From an uncultured Acidimicrobiia bacterium (lineage in GTDB: Bacteria > Actinomycetota > Acidimicrobiia > IMCC26256 > PALSA-555), in assembly GCA_963720675.1 (NCBI GenBank), contig CAVRGH010000010.1:491830-555829 (forward strand): a stretch of DNA of 64,000 bases, in the 5' to 3' direction. How positions within the stretch are numbered: the stretch's first letter is position 1; each line of letters begins with the position of its first letter. The notes under the pieces were generated by a model that saw nothing but the letters and a program-made list of their open reading frames with translations, was not told the DNA's origin and searched no databases. The translations under genes were made by a program, and so were the position numbers. Below, in pieces: positions 31,872 to 41,069 of this stretch.

Positions 31872-32908
31872 ATGCGCCGGACCCCTCCCCTCCTCCTCCC
31901 CACGCTCGTCGTGCTGGTCGTCGCCCTAGTGGCGTCGTCGAGCGCGGCGTTCGGCGCGGCCGGCGGCGATCCGCTCATCGAGCTGCGCGCCGAGCGCGAC
32001 CGTACCCAGGCCGCGGCGGTCGATGCCGCGCAGCGCTACAGCGACGCCCTCTCCGAACAAGCGGCCCAGGAGGCGGAGATCGCGAGGCTCGAAGCCGAGA
32101 TCCCGAAGCTTCGGGCCCGCTCGGCGGAGCTCCAGGTCCAGGTGCGCGACCGTGCCGTCGACCTGTACCAGCAGGGCTCGTCGATGCCGCTGTCGAGGAT
32201 GATCGACGCGGGGAGCGTCATCCAAGCAGCGCGCGCGATCCAGCTCAGCTCGAGCGCCGCCAACCACGACCGCGACCTCGCGGCCGAGCTCACGCGCACC
32301 GCGGCGCAGCTCACCAAGGACGAGGCCGAGCTGCAAGGTGCGCAAGGCCGCGCAGGACGCGCTGGTACTCCAGCTCGCCGACCAGAAGACCGGGCTCGAC
32401 GTCGCGCTCGCTGCGGCCGACGTCGCGGTGCAGAACCTCGAAGCCGTCGGTGGCATCACAAGCCGAGTTCGCGACCCTCGACGGCGCCGCGGCCGGGCAG
32501 GTGCGCACCGGCGCCGCGGTGTGTCCCGTCGCCGGGATCACCGTGTTCGTCAACGACTGGGGCGCGCCACGCAGCGGTGGACGCACGCACAAGGGCACCG
32601 ACATGCTCGCCGCGATGGGCACGCCACTCGTCGCGGTCACCGAGGGCACGGTCGAGTGGAACCTCGACGACCTCGGCGGGGTCGGCATCTGGCTCCGTGG
32701 TGACGACGGTGTCGGCTACTACTACGCGCACCTGAGCTGGTACGAAGGCGACGCGCCGCGGCGCGTCACGCGTGGCGAGGTGATCGGCTACGTGGGTGAC
32801 ACGGGGAACGCCAAGGGCGGCCCGCCGCACCTGCACTTCGGGATCCGTGCGCCGTCGGGCGAGATGGTCAACCCCTACCCCACCGTCCGTGCGCTGTGTC
32901 ACCCCTAG
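31872..32908 (+). pseudogene. Secreted coiled-coil M23 (LytM-domain) peptidase, frame broken twice (about 32337 and 32447)
   Basis: Signal/TM MRRTPPLLLPTLVVLVVALVASSSA plus a coiled coil are in ORF 31524..32735. The middle segment VRKAAQDALVLQLADQKTGLDVAL is in 32338..32703. The catalytic domain (RSGGRTHKGTDMLAAMGTPLVAV...YYYAHLS...GYVGDTGNAKGGPPHLHFGI) is in 32450..32908. Confidence 0.8.
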
Positions 32909-32920
32909 GTGCGTTCGATG

Positions 32921-33004
32921 GTGCCCGAGGAGGGATTCGAACCCTCATGCCCTTTCGAGCAATGGATTTTGAGTCCATCGTGTATGCCGTTCCACCACTC
33001 GGGC
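32921..33004 (-). tRNA. tRNA-Leu (anticodon CAA), encoded CCA
   Basis: Minus strand: GCCCGAGTGGTGGAACGGCATACACGATGGACTCAAAATCCATTGCTCGAAAGGGCATGAGGGTTCGAATCCCTCCTCGGGCACCA. It has a 7-bp acceptor stem, anticodon loop CT-CAA-AA, a long variable arm and a GGTTCGAATCC T-arm. Confidence 0.93.
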
Positions 33005-33045
33005 AATAGTCTGATCTTGACACGACGCCCCGTACACTGAGCGCC

Positions 33046-33294
33046 GTGCTTCCCGTGCTCGCGACCGACTGGGTGCCGTGGATCCTCGGGATCTGCGTGC
33101 TCTCGGTCGTCGTCCTGATCCTGATCATCGTCGCACCCTGGCGCGGCGTGCGCCGCGAGCCGCCGCTCGACAGCGAGGTGGAGGCCCGCCTGCTCCTCGG
33201 TGAGGACCCCGACGAGATCGACCGCGACCTCGCAGCGCGCGACGCGCAGCGCCGGGGGCAGGTGACGGACCTGCGTCCCGACGACGAAGCCTGA
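33046..33294 (+). CDS. Small membrane protein, unknown function
   Basis: 82-aa ORF (GTG start) with one clear TM helix (WVPWILGICVLSVVVLILIIVAPW) and an acidic tail. Confidence 0.45.
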   Translation: MLPVLATDWVPWILGICVLSVVVLILIIVAPWRGVRREPPLDSEVEARLLLGEDPDEIDRDLAARDAQRRGQVTDLRPDDEA

Positions 33295-33300
33295 GGTGCT

Positions 33301-33741
33301 CTAGAGCGTCGCCTCCGCGAGCGCGAAGAAGATCCGCCCTTCGCACGACTTCTCGCCCTCGACCGTCGACAGTGCACGCGCCCAGCCGCCGCGCGCGGAG
33401 AGGCGCTCCATCTCGACGTGGAGCGTGAGCTCGTCGCCCGGTCGCACGAGGCGACGCCAGCGCACCTTCTCGACGCCGCCGAAGAGCGGGAGCTTGCCGG
33501 TGTAGCGCTCGTCGGCGAGCAGCGCGATCCCGCCGGCCTGGGCGAGCGCCTCCAGCTGGATGACGCCGGGGAGCACCGGGAAGCCGGGGAAGTGGCCGCC
33601 GAGGAAGTCCTCGTCGCCGGTGACCCGGTAGCGCGCGGTGATCGAGGCGCCCGGCTCGCAGGCGTCGACCGCGTCGATGAACCGGAACGGCGGCCGGTGC
33701 GGCAACAGGGCGATGAAGTCCGCTGACTCGAGCTTCGTCAT
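33301..33741 (-). CDS. fabZ: 3-hydroxyacyl-ACP dehydratase
   Basis: LLPHRPPFRFID...FLGGHFPGFPVLPGVIQLEALAQAGG hot-dog FabZ signature. The ORF starts at TTG 33750; ATG 33741 is preferred. Confidence 0.85.
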   Translation of the reverse strand: MTKLESADFIALLPHRPPFRFIDAVDACEPGASITARYRVTGDEDFLGGHFPGFPVLPGVIQLEALAQAGGIALLADERYTGKLPLFGGVEKVRWRRLVRPGDELTLHVEMERLSARGGWARALSTVEGEKSCEGRIFFALAEATL

Positions 33742-33839
33742 GGGGCGCAAGTTACCCGCGAGTCACGTGTAACCCCGGTGAACCGGGGCTGGTCGAACCA
33801 ACTACAGCACGTTTCGAGGGCACGGGAGAGGGATCGTTC

Positions 33840-34761
33840 GTGGGCATCGGCATCGTGTTCCCCGGTCAGGGAACCCAGACCCCGGGGATGGGCCTGCCCT
33901 GGCGCGACCACCCCGCGTGGTCCGTCGTCGAGCGGGCCGAGGCCGCGTTCGGGGAGCCGCTCGCCTCCCTCGTCCTCGACGCGCCGGCCGAGCAGCTCGC
34001 CCGGACCCGCGACGCACAGCTCGCCGTCCTCCTCACCTCGCTCGTCGTGTGGGAGGCCATCCGCGATCAGGTCACCGCACCGGTGGCGTTCGCCGGGCAC
34101 TCCCTCGGCCAGGTCACCGCGCTCATCGCATCCGGCGCGCTCCCCCTCGACGCCGGTGTCCGCTTCGCGGCCCGGCGGGCCGAGCTCACCCAGGCCGCAG
34201 CCGACGCCCACCCCGGCCGGATGGCCGCGCTGCTCGGCGCGACCGTCGAGCAGGCCGAGGCCGCGTGCGAAGCCGCCCCCGACGCTTGCTGGGTCGCGAA
34301 CGACAACGCGCCGGGGCAGGTCGTCATCGCCGGCACGCCCGACGGCGTCGACGCCGGCAGCGCACGCGCCAAGGAGCTCGGCGTGAAGCGCGCCACGGCC
34401 CTGAACGTCGGCGGCGCGTTCCACACGCCCTCTGATGCGCGACGCGGCGGACGCCCTGCCCGCCGTCCTCGCCGACACCACCTTCTCGGCACCGAACGCA
34501 CCGGTCGTCTCCAACCTCGACGCTCGCGCCTACGACGGCCCCGACGGGTGGGTCGAACGCTCGAGCGAGCACGTCGCGGTCCCCGTCCGCTGGCGCGAGT
34601 CGATGCTGACGATGGTCGACCTCGGCGCCACGTCGTTCCTCGAGGTAGGGAACGGCTCGATGCTCGCGGGGCTCGCGAAGCGGATCACCCCCGACACGCC
34701 CGTACGCGGCATCGCCACCCCGGACGATGCCGCCGCGCTGCAGATGGAAGAGGTCGGCTGA
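33840..34761 (+). pseudogene. fabD: Malonyl-CoA:ACP transacylase, frame broken once near 34431
   Basis: GIVFPGQGTQTPGMG...AFAGHSLGQVTALIASG...NAPGQVVIAG...GGAFHTP is in ORF 33840..35021. It continues as LMRDAADALPAVLA...VRWRESM in ORF 34435..34761. Deleting the T in CCCTCTGATG restores the frame. Confidence 0.88.
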
Positions 34762-35021
34762 TGGAAGGGCTGCTCGACAGTGGTGAGGGTCTGCTGGTCC
34801 CGGAGCGGATGATCGTCGCCCCGGCCGTCGGCACGTTCCGCTCCGTCAGCCTGAGCGATGGCGCCCAGCTCAGCACGGGCCAGACTGTGGGCATGGTCGA
34901 CGGTCCCGGTACCTCCACACCGGTCGCGAGCCCCTTCACCGGGCAGCTCGTCGGGATGCTCGTGCACCCCGGGGAACGTCTGCGTGAGGGGCAGCCCGTC
35001 GCGTGGCTGCGGGTCCACTGA
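34761..35021 (+). CDS. Biotinyl/lipoyl-domain (BCCP-like) protein lacking any lysine
   Basis: ATG overlaps the fabD stop (TGATG). IVAPAVGTFRSVSLSDGAQLSTGQTVGMVDGPGTSTPVASPFTGQLVGMLVHPGERLREGQPVAWL follows the BCCP hybrid-motif pattern (APxVGTF...G..V..GQ..G.[EAMK]....SP..G.L...LV..GE.L..GQP). DGPG replaces EAMK, and the 86-aa protein contains no lysine. Confidence 0.6.
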   Translation: MEGLLDSGEGLLVPERMIVAPAVGTFRSVSLSDGAQLSTGQTVGMVDGPGTSTPVASPFTGQLVGMLVHPGERLREGQPVAWLRVH

Positions 35022-35069
35022 ACCCCGTCTCCCCGACCCGGCCGATCCGACGCCCGGCGGGCGCCTGAG

Positions 35070-36060
35070 ATGCGCGCGCGTCGATCGCGGGGTGGGGCAC
35101 CGCCGTACCCGAACAGCGCCTCACGAACGCCGACCTCGAGCGGCTGGTCGAGACGAGCAACGACTGGATCGTCGAGCGCACGGGGATCCGGGAGCGCCGC
35201 ATCGCCGCGGCCGGCGAGACCACGGCGAGTCTCGCGGTCGAAGCCGGGACCGCCGCGATCAAGCAGGCGGGCATCACACCCGAGGACATCCAGCTGCTGA
35301 TCGTCGCGACGGCGACGCCCGAGCAGCCGATACCGCACACCGGCGCGTTCGTTGGTGACGGGCTCGGCCTGCGCTGCGGTTCGTTCGACCTCGCGGCGGG
35401 ATGCGCGGGTTTCGTCTACGAGCTCGTCGCCGGTGCCGCGATGCTGACCGCCGGCGGACTCGAGCCATGTGCTCGTCATCGGCGCGGAGACGCTGTCGCG
35501 CATCGTCGACCCGACCGACCGCGGCACCTGCATCATCTTCGGTGACGCCGCCGCCGCGATCGTGCTGGAGACCACGACGAACGACAGCCTGGGCATCCTC
35601 GGCTGGGACCTCGGCTGTGACGGTTCGGCAACCGGGCTGCTCGAGGTCCAGGCCGGCGGGAGCCGGCTGCCGTCGACGCCGGACACGATCGCCGCGGGCC
35701 AGCAGTACATCAAGATGCAGGGACAGGAGGTCTTCCGACGCGCGGTGCGCGCGGTCGTGGACTCCGCGCGCCTCGCACTCGAGAATGCCGGGGTGGCCAC
35801 CTCCGACATCGACTGGTTCGTCCCTCACCAGGCGAACGTGCGGATCATCGAAGCCGCCGCGAGTCGCCTGAACATGCCCGATGGACCGGACCGTCGTGAA
35901 CATCGACCGCTTCGGGAACACGTCCGCCGCGTCGATCCCGCTCGCGCTCTCCGGGGCGGCGGACGACGGCCGGATCAAGGACGGTGACCTCGTGCTCCTC
36001 AGCGGGTTCGGTGCCGGGATGACGTGGGGCAGCGTCGTCGTGCGCTGGGGCCGCGGGTGA
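35070..36060 (+). pseudogene. fabH: 3-oxoacyl-ACP synthase III, frame broken three times (about 35080, 35465 and 35890)
   Basis: SIAGWGTAVPEQRLTNADLERLVETSNDWIVERTGIRERR...FDLAAGCAGFVYEL; then VLVIGAETLSRIVDPTDRGTCIIFGDAAAA...[22 protein letters not shown] (ORF 35469..35987); then [22 protein letters not shown]...[18 protein letters not shown] ending at TGA 36060. Each junction is fixed by removing or adding 1 nt. Confidence 0.88.
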
Positions 36061-36797
36061 GCCACCCCGCCCTCGTCACCGGCGCGTCCCGCGGGATCGG
36101 ACGCGCGATCGCCGTCGCGCTCGGCGCGACGGGCCACCGCGTCGCGTGCGGGTACTCCAGCGACCAGGCGAGCGCCGAGGAGACCTGCGCCGCGGTCCGG
36201 GAGGCCGGCGGCGAAGCGCTCGCCGTCCACATCGACGTCACCGACACCGATTCGGTCGACTCGGCGTTCGGCGAGATCGAGGGTGCCTTCGACCCGGTCA
36301 CCGTCCTGGTGAACAACGCCGGGGTCACCGCCGACGGTCTCGTGGCCCGGATGAGCGACGAGGCCTGGTCGAAGGTCGTCGAGACCAACCTCACGGGTGC
36401 CTTCCACACCATCCGCCGGGCCTCACCCAAGCTGATGCGGGCCCGCTGGGGCCGGATCGTGAACGTCTCGTCGGTCAGCGGCCAGATCGGGGCCCCCGGC
36501 CAGGCCAACTACTCTGCTGCGAAGGCGGGCCTCGTCGGGCTCACCCGGGCGGTGGCCCGGGAACTGGCTCCCCGCAACGTCACCTGCAACATCGTGGCGC
36601 CGGGGCCTATCGTGACCGCCATGACCGAGGGCATGCCGGCCGAATGGCACGGTGCCATGGAGGCCACGGTGCCCCTCGGACGTCTCGGGACCCCCGAGGA
36701 GGTGGCGGCCGTCGTCGGCTTCCTCTGCTCGGACGCCGCGGCCTACGTCACCGGTGCGATCGTGCCGGTCGACGGCGGCCTCGGCATGGGCCACTGA
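36057..36797 (+). CDS. fabG: 3-oxoacyl-ACP reductase
   Basis: GTG overlaps the fabH stop (GTGA). [15 protein letters not shown]...NNAG...[24 protein letters not shown] signature. Confidence 0.88.
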   Translation: MSHPALVTGASRGIGRAIAVALGATGHRVACGYSSDQASAEETCAAVREAGGEALAVHIDVTDTDSVDSAFGEIEGAFDPVTVLVNNAGVTADGLVARMSDEAWSKVVETNLTGAFHTIRRASPKLMRARWGRIVNVSSVSGQIGAPGQANYSAAKAGLVGLTRAVARELAPRNVTCNIVAPGPIVTAMTEGMPAEWHGAMEATVPLGRLGTPEEVAAVVGFLCSDAAAYVTGAIVPVDGGLGMGH

Positions 36798-36835
36798 GAA
36801 GGCGACCACTGAGCAGACCACCACTGAGCAGACGA
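36791..36835 (+). repeat. Three tandem 15-bp repeats at the fabG stop / acpP leader
   Basis: CCACTGAGAAGGCGA, CCACTGAGCAGACCA, CCACTGAGCAGACGA. Each unit carries TGA in the fabG frame, and the first contains the fabG stop. Confidence 0.7.
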
Positions 36836-36882
36836 TCACCCGACCAACAATCCCCCGAACCGAACCGAGAAGGAGCACATCG

Positions 36883-37134
36883 ATGGACCGTGACGAGGGA
36901 CTCGCCGCTCTGCGCGAAGTGGCCGTGGAGGTCCTGAGCGTCGAGCCCGACACCGTCACCTACGAGGCCCGCTTCAAGGAAGACCTCGACGCGGACAGCC
37001 TCGACCTCGTGGAGCTCGTGATGGGCCTCGAGGAGCGCTTCGACATCTCGGTGCCCGAGGAAGACCTCGAAGGGGTCGCCACGGTCGGTCAGGCCGTCGA
37101 CCTCGTGCTCGCCAAGGTCGCAGCGCAGCCATGA
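36883..37134 (+). CDS. acpP: Acyl carrier protein
   Basis: 83 aa with [21 protein letters not shown] (phosphopantetheine Ser in DSLD). GAAGGAG RBS 7 nt upstream of ATG 36883. Confidence 0.9.
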   Translation: MDRDEGLAALREVAVEVLSVEPDTVTYEARFKEDLDADSLDLVELVMGLEERFDISVPEEDLEGVATVGQAVDLVLAKVAAQP

Positions 37135-38387
37135 GCGACGCCGCACGCGACCATCTCGGCCGCCCTCGGGTCGCCGTGACCGGCATCGGGGTGAAGGCCC
37201 CCGCCGGGAACGACCTCGCGTCGTTCTGGGCCAACGTGCGCGCGGGCAAGTCCATGGCGCGGACGATCGAGCAGTTCGACCCGACCGATCCCGAGCTCCC
37301 CGTGCGCTTCGCGTGCGAGGTGCGCGACTTCGACCCGGTGGAGTACTTCGGGCCCAAAGAGGTCCGACGTCAGGACCGGGTCACGCACTTCGGCTTCGCT
37401 GCCGCATCGGACGCGATCAACGACGCCGGCGACCTCGGGGCCGACCCGAGCCGCTGCGCGGTGATCGCGGCCACCGGCGTCGGCGGACTCACGACGCTCC
37501 AGGAGAACGTCACGACGTTCCTCGACAAGGGCCCGTCGCGCGTCAGTCCGTTCTTCGTCCCGATGATGATGCCGAACGCGACCGCGGGTGCGATCTCGAT
37601 CCACTTCGGGTTCACCGGACCCGCGCTGTGCATCTCGACCGCATGCGCGGCCGGCGCGAACGGGATCGGTGAGGCGGCGCGGATGATCCGGGACTCCAGC
37701 GCCGACGTCGTCGTCGCGGGCGGCACCGAAGCGTTCACGTCCGTCACCGTCGCCGCGTTCGCCCGGATGGGCGCGCTCAGCGGCCGCAACGACGAGCCCG
37801 AGCTCGCCTCGCGCCCGTTCGACGTCGAGCGCGATGGCTTCGTCATCGCCGAAGGTGCGGCATTCGTCGTGCTGGAGAGCCTGGAGCGGGCGCGGGCACG
37901 CGGCGCACGGATCTACGGCGAGGTGTCCGGCTACGGGCGCAACGCCGACGCCTTCCACATCACGGCACCGTCGCCGGGAGGCGTGGGGGCGGCGACGTGC
38001 ATGCAGCAGGCGCTCGAGGACGCGGGGCTCGACCCGTCCGACGTCGGCCAGATCAACGCCCACGGAACCTCCACGCCGATGAACGACTCCACCGAAGCCG
38101 AGGCCATCCACAAGGTGTTCGGCGACGACGGTCCGCCCGTCACGGGCAGCAAGGGCGTCACCGGGCACATGATCGGTGCCGCAGGCGCGTGCGAAGCCGT
38201 CATCGCACTCTGCTCCATCGCCGACGGCGTCGTCCCGCCCACGGCCAACACGGAGAAGATCGGCGAGGAGATCGGTCTCGACGTCGTGATCGGTGCCGAG
38301 CGCGAGGTCGACAAGCTGCCCGTCATCTCGAACTCCTTCGGCTTCGGTGGCCACAACGCCTCGTTGGTGCTGACGCCCACCGCGTGA
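37131..38387 (+). CDS. fabF: 3-oxoacyl-ACP synthase II (KAS I/II)
   Basis: 418-aa ORF with [12 protein letters not shown]...[15 protein letters not shown]...[14 protein letters not shown]...[18 protein letters not shown] overlap with the acpP stop. Confidence 0.92.
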   Translation: MSDAARDHLGRPRVAVTGIGVKAPAGNDLASFWANVRAGKSMARTIEQFDPTDPELPVRFACEVRDFDPVEYFGPKEVRRQDRVTHFGFAAASDAINDAGDLGADPSRCAVIAATGVGGLTTLQENVTTFLDKGPSRVSPFFVPMMMPNATAGAISIHFGFTGPALCISTACAAGANGIGEAARMIRDSSADVVVAGGTEAFTSVTVAAFARMGALSGRNDEPELASRPFDVERDGFVIAEGAAFVVLESLERARARGARIYGEVSGYGRNADAFHITAPSPGGVGAATCMQQALEDAGLDPSDVGQINAHGTSTPMNDSTEAEAIHKVFGDDGPPVTGSKGVTGHMIGAAGACEAVIALCSIADGVVPPTANTEKIGEEIGLDVVIGAEREVDKLPVISNSFGFGGHNASLVLTPTA

Positions 38388-39766
38388 CGACGGCGCCCAC
38401 GCCCACGCCGCTCGCGGGCCGCCGCAGCGAGGCCGCGAGCGCGCACCTCACCGAGATCGACGGCCGGACCGTCGCCCAGTTCGAACTCCGGGGCGGCAAG
38501 CACGTCGGCGCCATCGGTCCCCCCGAGGGGAAGACGATCACCGGCATCACCGAGCTCGCGGTCGAGCTCGGGGTCCCGATCGTCGGCACCCTCGCGTCGT
38601 CGGGCGCGGACGTCGCCGAGGGCATGCCGTCGCTGCACGCCTGGGGTGAGATGGCCCGGGCGCTGGCGAACGCGTCCGGTGTCGTCCCCACCGTGCTGGT
38701 GGTCGTCGGGCCGTGCGTCTCCGGCCCGGCCCTCCTCCTCGGGCTCGCCGACATCGTCGTCATGACCGAGGAGGCGTTCGCGTACGTCACCGGTCCCGAC
38801 ACGGTGCGTTCGTTCACCGGCATCGACGTCGACCACCGCGGCCTCGGCGGCGCCGGGGTGCACGGTCGCCGGAGCGGGGTCGCCACGTTGGTCGTCACCG
38901 ACGAGGACGCGGCGCACGACGTCGTGGGTGCGATCCTCGATCTCCTGCCGTCGAACCACCTCCAGGACCCGCCGCGGTTCGCGACCTCCGACCCCGTCGA
39001 TCGCGATTGCGCCCGCGCCGCCGGCGCGGTGCCCGCACGACCCAACGCCTCGTACGACATCCGCGTCGTGATCGAAGACGTGCTCGACGCCGACACCTTC
39101 ATCGAGCTGCGGCCCACGCACGCGGCGAACCTGGTGACCGGGCTCGGCCGACTCGACGGTCGCCCGGTGGGTGTCGTCGCCAACCAGCCGCAGCAGCGCG
39201 CCGGGACGATCGACATCGAGGCCTCGGAGAAGGCGGCCCGGTTCGTGCAGTGGTGCGACTGCTTCAACCTGCCGCTCCTCACGTTCGTCGACACCCCCGG
39301 GTTCGAGCCCGGCAAGGACCTCGAGTGGCGCGGGATGATCCGCCACGGCGCGGAGCTCGTGTACGCCTACGCGGGGGCGACGGTGCCGCGCCTCTGCGTC
39401 GTCGTCCGCAAGGCGTACGGCGGTGCCTACATCGTCATGGACTCGAAGGGGCTCGGGAACGACTGGTGCGGCGCCTGGCCGTCGGCCGAGATCGCCGTCA
39501 TGGGCGCGCCCGGCGCCGTCCAGATCCTCCACGGACGCCGCCTGCAGGCCCACGACGACGACACCGAGCGCCTCCGAGAGCAGGCCGAGCTCGAGCTCGC
39601 GTACGAGGAGCGCTTCGCCAACCCGTACGTCGCGGCCGAGCGCGGCTTCGTCGACGCCGTGCTCCCTGCGTCCGACACCCGCCGCATCCTGGCCAGCGCC
39701 CTCGATCGGCTCGCCACCAAGCGCGAGCAGCTCCCACCCCGCCGACACGGCAACACGCCGCTCTAA
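38384..39766 (+). CDS. accD: Acyl-CoA carboxylase carboxyltransferase beta subunit (AccD6-like)
   Basis: GTG overlaps the fabF stop (GTGA). GVVANQPQQRAGTIDIEASEKAARFVQWCDCFNLPLLTFVDTPGFEPG...RKAYGGAYIVM carboxyltransferase signature. Its position after the KAS gene mirrors the mycobacterial fabD-acpM-kasA-kasB-accD6 locus. Confidence 0.85.
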   Translation: MTTAPTPTPLAGRRSEAASAHLTEIDGRTVAQFELRGGKHVGAIGPPEGKTITGITELAVELGVPIVGTLASSGADVAEGMPSLHAWGEMARALANASGVVPTVLVVVGPCVSGPALLLGLADIVVMTEEAFAYVTGPDTVRSFTGIDVDHRGLGGAGVHGRRSGVATLVVTDEDAAHDVVGAILDLLPSNHLQDPPRFATSDPVDRDCARAAGAVPARPNASYDIRVVIEDVLDADTFIELRPTHAANLVTGLGRLDGRPVGVVANQPQQRAGTIDIEASEKAARFVQWCDCFNLPLLTFVDTPGFEPGKDLEWRGMIRHGAELVYAYAGATVPRLCVVVRKAYGGAYIVMDSKGLGNDWCGAWPSAEIAVMGAPGAVQILHGRRLQAHDDDTERLREQAELELAYEERFANPYVAAERGFVDAVLPASDTRRILASALDRLATKREQLPPRRHGNTPL

Positions 39767-39783
39767 CAGGATCGGATCACGTC

Positions 39784-40539
39784 ATGCTGCTCGAAGGTAA
39801 GCGGATTCTCGTCACCGGCGTCCTGAACGACGCGTCGATCGCGTTCTCGGTCGCGCGACGCGCGCAGGAAGAAGGCGCCGAGGTCGTGCTCACGAGCTTC
39901 GGTCGGGTGACGCGCCTCACCGAGCGCACCTCGAAGCGGCTGCCGGTCGAGGCCGAGGTGATCGAGCTCGACGTCGGCAACGAGGACGATCTCGCCGCGC
40001 TCGCGGGACGGGTCGGCGGCAAGCTCGACGGGGTCATGCACGCGATCGGATTCGCGCCCGAGTCCTGTCTCGGCGGCGGGTTCCTCGATGCGCCGTGGGA
40101 GGACGTCGCGATCGCGCTGCAGGTCTCGGCCTACTCCCTGAAGTCGCTCGCGGTCGCGGCACTCCCCCTCATGGAGCGGGGCGGCTCGATCGTCGGACTC
40201 GACTTCGACAACACCCAGGCCTGGCCGGTCTACGACTGGATGGGCGTCGCGAAGTCGGCGTTCGAGTCGGTGTCGCGGTACCTCGCGAAGGAGCTCGGGC
40301 CCCAGGGCATCCGCGTGAACCTCGTCGCCGCCGGGCCCATCCGCACGATGGCGGCGAAGAGCATCCCGGGCTTCGAGAAGTTCGAGGAGGTGTGGGCCGA
40401 GCGCGCACCGCTCGGCTGGGACATCCGCGACCCCGAACCCGTGGCGAACGCGTGCATCGCGCTCTTCACGGACCTCTTCTCGGCGACGACCGGCGAGATG
40501 CTCCACGTGGACGGCGGCTTCCACGCCGTCGGCGCGTAG
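39784..40539 (+). CDS. fabI: Enoyl-ACP reductase (NADH), InhA/FabI type
   Basis: MLLEGKRILVTGVLNDASIAFSVA...AIGFAP...YDWMGVAKSAFES...RVNLVAAGPIRT, a FabI/InhA pattern. Confidence 0.9.
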   Translation: MLLEGKRILVTGVLNDASIAFSVARRAQEEGAEVVLTSFGRVTRLTERTSKRLPVEAEVIELDVGNEDDLAALAGRVGGKLDGVMHAIGFAPESCLGGGFLDAPWEDVAIALQVSAYSLKSLAVAALPLMERGGSIVGLDFDNTQAWPVYDWMGVAKSAFESVSRYLAKELGPQGIRVNLVAAGPIRTMAAKSIPGFEKFEEVWAERAPLGWDIRDPEPVANACIALFTDLFSATTGEMLHVDGGFHAVGA

Positions 40540-40561
40540 CGACCGAGCCGCGGCCGCGCGT

Positions 40562-41029
40562 TCAGTCGCCCTTGAGCGCGGCGCTCACCTTGGGAACGGT
40601 GTCCTTCGGGCTCACCTTGTAGAACGTCGCCGCGACCTTGCCCTGCTCGTCGATGACGAACGCCGAGCGCACGATCCCCATGAACTTCTTGCCGTACATG
40701 GACTTCTCACCCCACGCTCCGAACTTCTCGGCGACCTTGTGGTCTTCGTCCGCGAGCAGCTCGAACCCGAGTGAGTACTTGTCGTCGAACCGCTTCTGCT
40801 TCTCCGGGGTGTCGGGACTGATACCGAGCACCACTGCCTTGAGCTTCTTGAGATCAGGCATCGCGTCGCGCAGGGAGCACGACTGCGTGGTGCAGCCGGG
40901 TGTGTCGGCCCTCGGATAGAAGTACACGACGACGCGCTTGCCCTTGAAGTCGGACAAGCGGACCTTCTTGCCCTTCTGGTCGGTCAGCGTGAACGCCGGT
41001 GCTCGCGACCCGACCTTGAGCTCTGCCAC
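40562..41029 (-). CDS. bcp: Peroxiredoxin Bcp (thiol peroxidase)
   Basis: 155 aa with GKRVVVYFYPRADTPGCTTQSC, an AhpC/TSA motif. Confidence 0.9.
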   Translation of the reverse strand: MAELKVGSRAPAFTLTDQKGKKVRLSDFKGKRVVVYFYPRADTPGCTTQSCSLRDAMPDLKKLKAVVLGISPDTPEKQKRFDDKYSLGFELLADEDHKVAEKFGAWGEKSMYGKKFMGIVRSAFVIDEQGKVAATFYKVSPKDTVPKVSAALKGD

Positions 41030-41069
41030 TTCTGCCCCACCTCATCGTCTGCGCCCGTGACTGCGTAGC

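Noticed and set aside
32921-33004. tRNA-Leu(CAA) as a genomic-island attachment site
   Set aside because: I looked for a duplicated tRNA 3' half, an integrase or compositionally odd genes on either side. The flanks are an M23 peptidase and a small membrane protein followed by fabZ. No direct repeat of the tRNA end is visible.
33738-34514. 258-aa minus-strand ORF overlapping fabD, and several plus and minus ORFs across 33.8-35.4 kb
   Set aside because: These are antisense or off-frame to the clear fabD, BCCP-like and fabH reading frames, and have low-complexity G/R/A composition.
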